Shown here: piece after piece, positions 8,117 through 14,908 of the stretch
How the letters are laid out: each line of letters starts with the position of its first letter
How positions within the stretch are numbered: the stretch's first letter is position 1
Source: Candidatus Shapirobacteria bacterium
GTDB lineage: Bacteria; Patescibacteriota; Microgenomatia; UBA12405
Length of the DNA stretch: 24,000 bases
Reading direction: 5' to 3'
Assembly: GCA_028709405.1 (NCBI GenBank)
Contig: JAQVXB010000001.1
Coordinates: forward strand, 661-24,660
The notes under the pieces: model-generated
The model's input: the letters and a program-made list of their open reading frames with translations, nothing else
What the model was told of the DNA's origin: nothing
The model's database searches: none
Made by a program: the position numbers and the translations under genes

Positions 8117-8275
8117 TTATTTTATCCGCTTCGGATAAAAATTTTTTTTGCAGTAAGAATTGCAATTTTTCCCTTCATTACTAGAATGAGACGAGTGTGT
8201 ATTTATTGATATAGGATTTTTTTTCTTTTCTGAGGGTGGTTTTTGATCAAATGGAAAATAGATTTCTCTTTTCAT
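8117..8275 (-). CDS. Hypothetical small basic protein, 52 aa (doubtful)
   Basis: ATG at 8275 is preceded by a perfect AGGAGG (8282-8287) at 6-nt spacing. The product is MKREIYFPFDQKPPSEKKKNPISIN...KRIK. It overlaps the 3' end of ORF 8247-8645 by 29 nt in another frame, and its 3' end runs through the plus-strand terminator hairpin. The sequence is low-complexity. Confidence 0.3.
   Translation of the reverse strand: MKREIYFPFDQKPPSEKKKNPISINTHSSHSSNEGKNCNSYCKKNFYPKRIK
8122..8149 (+). terminator. Candidate intrinsic terminator of the ribosomal-protein operon
   Basis: TTATCCG-CTT-CGGATAA hairpin (8122-8138) followed by AAA and a T8 run (8142-8149). It is the first hairpin plus T-run on the + strand after rpsI. 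Confidence 0.5.
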
Positions 8276-8645
8276 TTTTAACCTCCTCATTTTCTTCAAT
8301 AAGAAGTGTTTGTAATCTTCTTATTGCTTGATCTATAGAATATCTCGACCCTTCGGCATTATTAACGACGAACCAAAAATTCAGCCTAAATTCTTCTTGG
8401 AGATCTTTTAAAGAAGATAATATTTTATTCTTTTTTTCGTTTTCCCAGACAATAAAAAAACACTTCTTAATTTGTTTTTTTATTTCATTCATCTCGACTA
8501 TTTTTCCCTTGTACCTCAGAATCATCTCTTTAAGCTTGATAATTCGGTATTTTTTGATTTGTGAAAGTATATATTCTCTAGTCAAAAATATTACAAAGAC
8601 AGTTTCAATAATTATTAAAATTATTAATACAACAGGATCTACCAT
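8247..8645 (-). CDS. Hypothetical membrane-anchored protein, 132 aa (N-terminal TM helix plus charged helical region)
   Basis: GGAGG (8651-8655) lies 5 nt upstream of the ATG. The N-terminus VVLIILIIIETVFVIFL is hydrophobic and the remainder is K/E-rich. I recognise no family. Confidence 0.6.
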   Translation of the reverse strand: MVDPVVLIILIIIETVFVIFLTREYILSQIKKYRIIKLKEMILRYKGKIVEMNEIKKQIKKCFFIVWENEKKNKILSSLKDLQEEFRLNFWFVVNNAEGSRYSIDQAIRRLQTLLIEENEEVKNEKRNLFSI

Positions 8646-8659
8646 AATAACCTCCTTTC

Positions 8660-8884
8660 TTATTCCAGGGTAAAATAGATATCGCGGTAAATTTTCAGTA
8701 TGATTTTCTTTTCTTCTATTGTATCTTTACTCCCCATCATGATTTTAGTCGCCCAAAAAAAACCTTGGATGTAAGGACAGTCCAAATTTTCAATTAGTAA
8801 AATCAGTTCCGTCATCATGACATCGAAGTACTGATTATCAGCCGCAAGAATTTTATCCATCTTCTCTAAAACATTCTTATTCAT
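8660..8884 (-). CDS. Hypothetical protein, 74 aa
   Basis: Intact ORF whose ATG overlaps the stop of the upstream 52-aa ORF (GATGAATAA junction), which suggests translational coupling. GGAG lies about 12 nt upstream. I recognise no family. Confidence 0.5.
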   Translation of the reverse strand: MNKNVLEKMDKILAADNQYFDVMMTELILLIENLDCPYIQGFFWATKIMMGSKDTIEEKKIILKIYRDIYFTLE

Positions 8885-9035
8885 CTGAAACGCTCTCCTT
8901 TTTCTCCATTTCCTTCAACATCTTTTCCTGTTCCCATTTATCTTCCAATCTGCTTCGCCATCCACCAGCTTTAGCCATGGAAAAAGTAAAAAGAACTGCC
9001 ATTGCGATTATCAGCAATATTTCCCACCAAGTCAT
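8877..9035 (-). CDS. Hypothetical small membrane protein, 52 aa (not in ORF track)
   Basis: My manual translation is MTWWEILLIIAMAVLFTFSMAKAGGWRSRLEDKWEQEKMLKEMEKKESVSDE*, one TM helix plus a charged tail. AAAGGA lies about 11 nt upstream of the ATG. It is the first gene of the minus-strand cassette. Confidence 0.45.
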   Translation of the reverse strand: MTWWEILLIIAMAVLFTFSMAKAGGWRSRLEDKWEQEKMLKEMEKKESVSDE

Positions 9036-9191
9036 TTTATCCACGTCCTTTCTTCATTTTGTTAAAGTGCTTACTTTCTATATAAAAACTCCATTCAAAC
9101 GTTCTTGTCCGAATTTTGTTGTTAAAACATCCTATAATATCAAATTTCCCCTATTTTGTCAAGATACCCTTTAGTTTATAATTAACCCATT

Positions 9192-9920
9192 ATGTCATAT
9201 TTTCAGGCTATAATTCTTAGTTTTATTCAAGGAATTACTGAGTTTTTACCAATTTCATCTTCTGGTCATCTTAATTTGGCTCAATTTTTTTTAAAATTAG
9301 AACCTTCTTTAACCCTCGATATTTTTCTTAATACCGCTACTTTTTTATCAGTTTTATTCTTCTTTCGAAATCAAATTAAATACTTTTTTGCCAATCTAAA
9401 ATACATTTTTGTTGGTTCAATTCCTGCTGTTTTGGTTGGGTTTTTTTTAAAAGACCAAATCGATACTCTTTTTTCTAACATTACCCTTTTACCATTCTTC
9501 TTCATTTTAAGCTCAGTTTTTGTTTTTTCCACCAAATTTTTTGGCCAAAAAGATTCTAAATTAGATTACAAAAAAGCTTTTATAATTGGTATTTTCCAAT
9601 CAATTGCTATTTTACCCGGAGTTTCTCGTTCTGGTACTACAATTTTTTCTGCCCTATTATTAGGTCTTTCTTCAATTCAAGCCTTCAGTTTTTCTTTTTG
9701 CCTTTTTATACCAGCTTCTCTTGGAGCTATTATTTTGAATATCAAAGATTTATCAACCGCCGGCCTTTTTAACCCAGAATATTTATTAGGATTTGTTATT
9801 ACTTTTATTGTTGGTATTTTTGCTCTAGGATTTCTTAAAAAAATATTAATTAGTCAAAAATTTTGGATTTTTGGTGTCTACACTTTTATTTTAGCTTTAG
9901 TCTTATTTTTTGCCTTTTAA
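9192..9920 (+). CDS. uppP: Undecaprenyl-diphosphate phosphatase (BacA/UppP family)
   Basis: 242 aa polytopic membrane protein. It has the N-terminal motif QGITEFLPISSSGHL and PGVSRSG.TI, both diagnostic for BacA/UppP. Confidence 0.9.
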   Translation: MSYFQAIILSFIQGITEFLPISSSGHLNLAQFFLKLEPSLTLDIFLNTATFLSVLFFFRNQIKYFFANLKYIFVGSIPAVLVGFFLKDQIDTLFSNITLLPFFFILSSVFVFSTKFFGQKDSKLDYKKAFIIGIFQSIAILPGVSRSGTTIFSALLLGLSSIQAFSFSFCLFIPASLGAIILNIKDLSTAGLFNPEYLLGFVITFIVGIFALGFLKKILISQKFWIFGVYTFILALVLFFAF

Positions 9921-10132
9921 CATTCTCCAGTTTTTCCTTCCAACCTATCAATTACCATTTTCTTTAAATTTTCTGACGCCAATTTAATTACTTTTTTCTG
10001 TTTATGGCTTTGTTTTTCTTTTTTATTTTCCACTTCAATTCGGAAAAATAATTCTTGTTCGTATTTATTTTCAATATCCATTTTTCGACTTTTAACTTTA
10101 TAAATTTGTAACTTTAAACTATATTTGTCCAC
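9917..10132 (-). CDS. Hypothetical Lys-rich small protein, 71 aa from a GTG start (doubtful)
   Basis: The ORF fills the whole gap between the convergent uppP and exonuclease genes. It overlaps the exonuclease gene by 14 nt and uppP by 4 nt. It has a GTG start, no SD and no recognisable family. Confidence 0.3.
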   Translation of the reverse strand: MDKYSLKLQIYKVKSRKMDIENKYEQELFFRIEVENKKEKQSHKQKKVIKLASENLKKMVIDRLEGKTGEC

Positions 10133-11072
10133 TCATATAATTTTTCCAAATCAGATACAGTTCGGTCGTAGCTACTGCATCTCTTGCTACATAATCAGCA
10201 ATTTTATTAAATTCTTTCTGATTATACAAGTTTGTCACATCACCTCCATGAACTCCTTTTTCTTTAGGATTTTCAATTCCAAACGCCTTACATAAAAATT
10301 CAAGTTTAAAAGCATGACTTTGTCTTATCTTATTTTGCAAATCTATAAATTTATCTGATCCCCATCTTTTTATTTCGAATGGCATTTTAACCCGATTAAT
10401 TCCCGATCTTATCATTAAATAAGGAAAGTCAAAATTATCGCCATTATAAGTAACAAATTGTTCGTATTTGGAAGTTATTTTCCAAAATTCCTCCAATAAT
10501 TCCTTTTCACTTTTAAATGTTTTATAAACAAAATTTTCTTTTTCTGGTTTAATTTCTTTAGTCGATAAGCTTAAAACTATTCCGATTTTATTATTCACAT
10601 CATATCCACCAATTGCACAAACCATTCCAAAGATAGAATATAGTGCTGTTTTATTTTTAGCTATTTCTTTATCTTCTTCATTTTTTTCTAAATTATTTAA
10701 TAGATAATCCTGTTCCGATTCATCTAAATCTTCAAACTTTTTTCCCAAAGTCTCAATATCAAATACTAAAGTCGGGATAGAAGGGGAATAATCACTACTT
10801 TCTTCTGTTGTTACAATTTGACAGCTATCAATTATTATCCCTATCTTTCCATTGTATTCCTGTGTTTTTCCGCTAATTTCAATTATTTTACCAATTTCAA
10901 AATTGCATTGAGGAATATTATTATTCCAAATTTTAGCTTCAATTTTTCCTTCTTTATTACTCAATTCCAACACATAAAAATTATCCCCATTTTTAGTCTG
11001 TTTAATTTCTTGACTAGAAACTAAAAAATGACCATCTCTGATTAATTCATTCGCTCCCAATTTAATTGCCAT
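10119..11072 (-). CDS. OB-fold nucleic-acid-binding domain fused to a PolB-like (DEDDy) 3'-5' exonuclease domain
   Basis: 317 aa. The N-terminus F.V....KQTKNGDNFYVLELSNKEGKIEAKIWNN...GKIIEISGK..EYNGKIGIII resembles the YhaM/PolC-type OB fold. The C-terminal part carries Exo I LVFDIET, Exo II YNGDNFDFPYL and Exo III YVARDAVATTELY (Y-x3-D). Confidence 0.75.
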   Translation of the reverse strand: MAIKLGANELIRDGHFLVSSQEIKQTKNGDNFYVLELSNKEGKIEAKIWNNNIPQCNFEIGKIIEISGKTQEYNGKIGIIIDSCQIVTTEESSDYSPSIPTLVFDIETLGKKFEDLDESEQDYLLNNLEKNEEDKEIAKNKTALYSIFGMVCAIGGYDVNNKIGIVLSLSTKEIKPEKENFVYKTFKSEKELLEEFWKITSKYEQFVTYNGDNFDFPYLMIRSGINRVKMPFEIKRWGSDKFIDLQNKIRQSHAFKLEFLCKAFGIENPKEKGVHGGDVTNLYNQKEFNKIADYVARDAVATTELYLIWKNYMSGQI

Positions 11073-11142
11073 GTTTAATTATACCTTTTAATAAGTTCAA
11101 ATATAAGCTTTTAATCTTAATTTTTGATAAAATCAAAGCACT

Positions 11143-11216
11143 CGGGAATTGGCGCAATTGGCTAGCGCGCATGCATGGGGTGCATGAGGCTGCAGGTTCG
11201 AATCCTGTATTCCCGA
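11143..11216 (+). tRNA. tRNA-Pro (anticodon GGG), CCA not encoded
   Basis: Manual cloverleaf:
- acceptor CGGGAAT/ATTCCCG
- U8
- D arm GCGC-AATTGGCTA-GCGC
- anticodon arm CATGC-AT[GGG]GT-GCATG
- variable AGGCT
- T arm GCAGG-TTCGAAT-CCTGT
- discriminator A
The gene is followed by CTA, not CCA. Confidence 0.9.
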
Positions 11217-11275
11217 CTAAATACAGGATGAGAAGTTTATGCCCCGAAGGGGTAAATCCTGTATTCCCGACTAAA
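11201..11275 (+). repeat. Exact 21-bp direct repeat (AATCCTGTATTCCCGACTAAA) of the tRNA-Pro 3' end flanking a 33-bp insert
   Basis: Copy 1 is 11201-11221 (T-loop/T-stem/acceptor 3' strand plus 5 nt of trailer). Copy 2 is 11255-11275. The insert TACAGGATGAGAAGTTTATGCCCCGAAGGGGTA contains a CCCC-GAA-GGGG hairpin. AATACAGGAT (11220-11229) is complementary to ATCCTGTATT in both copies. Confidence 0.85.
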
Positions 11276-11373
11276 ATTTAAGATATATTTGGGTTTTCTT
11301 CGGTTTTGCTTATTGACTTGATATATTTCTTTTTGTTATCACTATAACTGTAACGTTAATATTAAAAAAACAT

Positions 11374-12465
11374 ATGTATAAAAAGAAAATAAAAAAAGAA
11401 GCCAAAGGGTTAGCTGTTGCTGGAAATCAAAGTCAAAAGAACGAAGCTATTCGGGTTGCTATGGAGCAAATCACCAAAGCCTTTGGTGATGGTGCCATCA
11501 TGAAAATGGGTGAAAAACAAGCTGATATGTCCATCGATGTAGTTCCAACTGGTTGTTTACCTCTTGATATTGCTCTTGGTGTTGGTGGTCTACCTCGAGG
11601 TCGTGTTACTGAAATTTTTGGTCCAGAAGCCTCAGGAAAAACCACTGTTTGTCTTCATGTTATAGCTGAAGCCCAAAAAATGGGTGGAACAGCTGCTTTT
11701 ATTGATGTTGAACACGCCCTCGATCCTCTTCGAGCTGCCACCGTTGGTGTTAATTTAAACAATCTTTTAATTTCCCAACCAGATAGTGGTGAGCAAGCCC
11801 TGGAAATTGTTGAAACTCTTGTTCGTTCCAATGCTGTTGACGTTGTTGTTCTCGATTCTGTCGCCGCTCTAGTTCCTAAAGCCGAAATTGAAGGCGAAAT
11901 GGGTGATTCTATGATGGGGGTTCAAGCTCGTCTTATGTCTCAAGCTCTGCGAAAATTGACTGGTGCCATCTCTAAATCAAAAACCATCGTTATTTTTACC
12001 AATCAAATTCGCCAAAAAATCGGCATTATGTTTGGTAACCCCGAAACTACTCCCGGCGGTTTAGCCCTTAAATTTTACGCTTCAGTTAGAATTGATTTAC
12101 GTAAAATTGCCAACATCAAAACCTCCTCCGGTGAATCTATTGGCTCCCAACACCGAGCACGTGTTATTAAAAACAAAGTTGCTCCGCCATTTAGAGAAGC
12201 TGAATTTGATATTATGAACACCGAAGGTATTTCTATTTATGGAAGTTTGGTTGATTTAGCTATTCAGCATGGATTAATAACTAAAGCTGGTGCTTTCTTT
12301 AAAGTTGACGGTCAAAATATTCAAGGTCGGGAAGGTGCTAAAAAATATTTAAAAGAAAATCAAAAATTAGCCGAGGAATTAAAATCACAAATTTGGAAAA
12401 AAGTTAAAGAAAATACCGAACCGTCAAAACTTAGCCCACCAGAAGACGCTCCGGTTCAAGAATAA
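11374..12465 (+). CDS. recA: Recombinase RecA
   Basis: 363 aa with Walker [19 protein letters not shown] and [22 protein letters not shown], plus L2-like GNPETTPGG. It has about 15 extra Lys-rich N-terminal residues. Confidence 0.97.
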   Translation: MYKKKIKKEAKGLAVAGNQSQKNEAIRVAMEQITKAFGDGAIMKMGEKQADMSIDVVPTGCLPLDIALGVGGLPRGRVTEIFGPEASGKTTVCLHVIAEAQKMGGTAAFIDVEHALDPLRAATVGVNLNNLLISQPDSGEQALEIVETLVRSNAVDVVVLDSVAALVPKAEIEGEMGDSMMGVQARLMSQALRKLTGAISKSKTIVIFTNQIRQKIGIMFGNPETTPGGLALKFYASVRIDLRKIANIKTSSGESIGSQHRARVIKNKVAPPFREAEFDIMNTEGISIYGSLVDLAIQHGLITKAGAFFKVDGQNIQGREGAKKYLKENQKLAEELKSQIWKKVKENTEPSKLSPPEDAPVQE

Positions 12466-13115
12466 TGCAAATTGTTAGTATTAAAACCAGTAAAATTCCA
12501 AATCAAGTTTGGATAACTTTTTCTGATTCTTCTTTTATCCCTTTTTTTATTGATGATATTGTTAAATTATCTTTAGCTAAAAATCAAGAAATTGACGATT
12601 CAAAATTAGAAACTATTATTAAAAACTGTCTTCTTTTTAAAGGTAAGGAATATGCTCTTCGTCAAATTGCTATTTCTCCAAAAACAGAAAAAATAATTAA
12701 TCAGAAGATTAAAATCTTTTTAAGAAAAATAATTTTAAAATATAAATTAAATATCTCCGGCTTAAATTTAACTGAAATTAATCAAGAGATAATCGATTAT
12801 TTAAAAGTTAAAAAACTCTTGAATGATTTAGATTTTATTAACTATTTTGTTAAAAAAAATCACAAAAAATCTCGGCAACAAATAATTTATTTATTGCAAC
12901 AACACGGTGTAGATCGTAATCTTCTGTCTCAAATTAATTTCACTCAAGAAAATGATTTAACTAAGATAAAATCTTACTTAAACAAAAAAAATATAGATAT
13001 ATCAAAAATAAAGGATTTTAAGGAAAAAAATAAGATTAAGTCTGCTCTTTTTCGTCGCGGTTTTAATATTTCAGATATAAACATCGCAATTGACGATTAT
13101 GATGAATTTAGGTAA
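12465..13115 (+). CDS. recX: RecX-like recombination regulator
   Basis: 216 aa with a TAATG overlap with recA. The N-terminus I.SIKTSK......ITFSD.SFIPF.IDDIVKLSL.K.QEIDD..L parallels Firmicute RecX (YfhG-type). The C-terminus ALFRRGFNISDINIAI matches the RecX repeat. The protein is divergent. Confidence 0.65.
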   Translation: MQIVSIKTSKIPNQVWITFSDSSFIPFFIDDIVKLSLAKNQEIDDSKLETIIKNCLLFKGKEYALRQIAISPKTEKIINQKIKIFLRKIILKYKLNISGLNLTEINQEIIDYLKVKKLLNDLDFINYFVKKNHKKSRQQIIYLLQQHGVDRNLLSQINFTQENDLTKIKSYLNKKNIDISKIKDFKEKNKIKSALFRRGFNISDINIAIDDYDEFR

Positions 13116-13271
13116 AATATACCAATTAGTTTTTATAAATTAAATTATAATTTTAACTTTTTATTTTAAAGCACCCAAAATATGTTATTCAAGTTAGTCA
13201 GAATACCGACTCATTGTTAACTTAAGCCATTTCCCTTGGTGTGTTTTGCCGTAAAAAGTATTGGAGGTCAC

Positions 13272-14843
13272 ATGTTAGATGTATTTTTATCGAGAGTTAA
13301 GGGTTTGTTTTCTACCCCTCAAAAGTCAGTTCCTAAAAAAGAAATCTTAAGCAAAGTCGAAGGAAAAAAAGAAGTTAAAGAAAGCAAGCAAGAGAAACAA
13401 GATAATAATCGTGTTGTTTTTTCACCAACCAAAACTGAAACTCAATCAAAACCGGTTGTCGAGGTTGACAATAGTGCTGCTATGGCTGCTCTTCAAAACG
13501 CCAAAAGAATTGAATCAGAAGCTAAGGCTAAAGAAGCTGAAATTTTTCAAAGGTTATCATCTCTAGATGAAAAAGAGCGTTATTTAATTCAAAAAGAAAG
13601 ATCTCTTGATACCCAAACAGCCGAAATAAAGACTAAATTAAATAGTATTGACGATATTTATCGTAAGCAAATGGATAAATTAGAAACCATTTCTGGTCTT
13701 GATGTTGAAAAGGCTAAACAATTAGTTATGAGTAGTACTGAGAAAAAAATGGCGTCATGGGTATCTAAGAAAATTGAAGAAGCCAGAGATGAAATTAAAC
13801 AAAAAGAAGAAGAAATTACTAAAGAAGTAATTATTGATAATATTCGTCATGGTCTTACTGATTATGTGGCCGAATATACTGTTTCCACTATTTCTTTGGC
13901 TGATGAAACTGTCAAAGGTAAAATAATTGGTCGTGAAGGTCGAAATATTCGTGCTTTTGAAAAAGCCACCGGTGTTGAAATTGAATTAGATGAAACTAAT
14001 GACATTCGTATTTCCTCTTTTGATTCAACTCGAAGAGAAATCGCCCGTCTTTCATTGGAGAAATTAATAAAGGATGGTCGTATCCAACCTCTTAAAATCG
14101 AACAAGTTGTTGCTCAAACCAAAACTGAAATGGATAGAATTCTTTTAAATGAAGGTAAAAAAATTATCCAAGAAGTCGGTGTTTTTAATTTACCAATCGA
14201 TTTAATCAAAGAAATCGGTAAATATAAATTCAGATTTTCTTATGGTCAAAATTTAGCTAAGCACACCATTGAAGCTACTAAAATTGCTACCGCTATTGCT
14301 TATGAATTAAGAGCGGATGTCAATACTGTTCGTCTCGGTGCTTTATTGCACGATATTGGTAAAGTAGTCACCGATCAGGAGGGAACCCATGTCGATTTAG
14401 GTATTGATTTATTAAGAAAATATAAAATTCCAGAACCTATTATTGCTTGTGTCGCTGAACACCATGAAGATAAAGAGTTCTCTTCTGTAGAATCGGTCAT
14501 TGTTTATATTGGTGATGCTGCCTCTGGTGCTCGTCCAGGTGCTCGTTATGAAGTTCATGAAGAGTATCTAAAAAGAATGAAAAATATTGAAGAAGTGGCA
14601 ATTGCCTTTCCTGGTGTTACTAGTGTTGCTGCTTATCAAGCCGGTCGAGAAGTAGTAGTTATTGTTGAACCTACCCAAGTTTCTGATGCAGAAGCCGAAG
14701 TTTTAAGTCAAAATATTGCCGAAAAACTCGAAGAAGAGGCTAAATGGGCTGGTCAGATAAAAGTTACAGTCATTAGAGAAGTCAGAACCAGTAGTGTCAT
14801 TGTTGGCAGCAAAGTCAACAAAAATGCGGTAAAAAACGAATAA
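13272..14843 (+). CDS. rny: Ribonuclease Y (KH plus HD domains)
   Basis: KH motif GKIIGREGRNIRAFE..TGV and HD motif LGALLHDIGK...HHE are present. The track start (TTG 13236) is replaced by ATG 13272, which is preceded by GGAGG (13263-13267). Confidence 0.9.
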   Translation: MLDVFLSRVKGLFSTPQKSVPKKEILSKVEGKKEVKESKQEKQDNNRVVFSPTKTETQSKPVVEVDNSAAMAALQNAKRIESEAKAKEAEIFQRLSSLDEKERYLIQKERSLDTQTAEIKTKLNSIDDIYRKQMDKLETISGLDVEKAKQLVMSSTEKKMASWVSKKIEEARDEIKQKEEEITKEVIIDNIRHGLTDYVAEYTVSTISLADETVKGKIIGREGRNIRAFEKATGVEIELDETNDIRISSFDSTRREIARLSLEKLIKDGRIQPLKIEQVVAQTKTEMDRILLNEGKKIIQEVGVFNLPIDLIKEIGKYKFRFSYGQNLAKHTIEATKIATAIAYELRADVNTVRLGALLHDIGKVVTDQEGTHVDLGIDLLRKYKIPEPIIACVAEHHEDKEFSSVESVIVYIGDAASGARPGARYEVHEEYLKRMKNIEEVAIAFPGVTSVAAYQAGREVVVIVEPTQVSDAEAEVLSQNIAEKLEEEAKWAGQIKVTVIREVRTSSVIVGSKVNKNAVKNE

Positions 14844-14849
14844 CTTCTA

Positions 14850-14877
14850 TTGCAATTTAATAATATTCATCTAAAAT
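14850..14877 (+). promoter_or_regulatory. Candidate sigma70-type promoter of hup
   Basis: TTGCAA (14850-14855), a 16-nt spacer, then TAAAAT (14872-14877), 31 nt upstream of the hup ATG. Motif match only. Confidence 0.35.
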
Positions 14878-14908
14878 TAAGAAGAATTATTAATTATTTA
14901 AAAAAATA

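Noticed and set aside
8117-9035. Idea that the small-ORF cassette is a phage lysis module (holin-like ORF1, i-spanin-like TM plus coiled-coil ORF3 with an embedded o-spanin-like ORF4)
   Set aside because: There is no endolysin gene. ORF4 has no signal peptide or lipobox Cys. There are no other phage genes or att sites nearby. The resemblance is architectural only, so I kept it as an uncharacterised cassette.
8977-9174. 65-aa + strand ORF in the cassette/uppP divergent region
   Set aside because: Its 5' part is antisense to the SD-supported 52-aa minus-strand ORF and the rest lies in promoter DNA. It has no SD, its product is unrecognisable, and its 3' part covers the putative uppP -35 box (TTGTCA 9156-9161).
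11066-11281. 71-aa + strand ORF in the track (MPCLIIPFNKF...)
   Set aside because: It spans the tRNA-Pro gene and the duplicated tRNA 3' end. The repeated ...NPVFPTK peptide is just the 21-bp repeat translated. It has no SD and is not coding.
10818-11645. Antisense ORFs 10818-11024 (+) and 11433-11645 (-)
   Set aside because: They are shadows inside the exonuclease gene and recA respectively. The recA-antisense product is the typical Pro/Gly/Arg-rich mirror of a GC-richer conserved gene.
13116-13271. 156-nt recX-rny spacer as a possible ncRNA or riboswitch (partial inverted repeats AAGTTA...TAACTT, AGTC...GACT)
   Set aside because: The stems are short, AT-rich and imperfect, and I recognise no riboswitch core. 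It is most simply a promoter plus 5' UTR.
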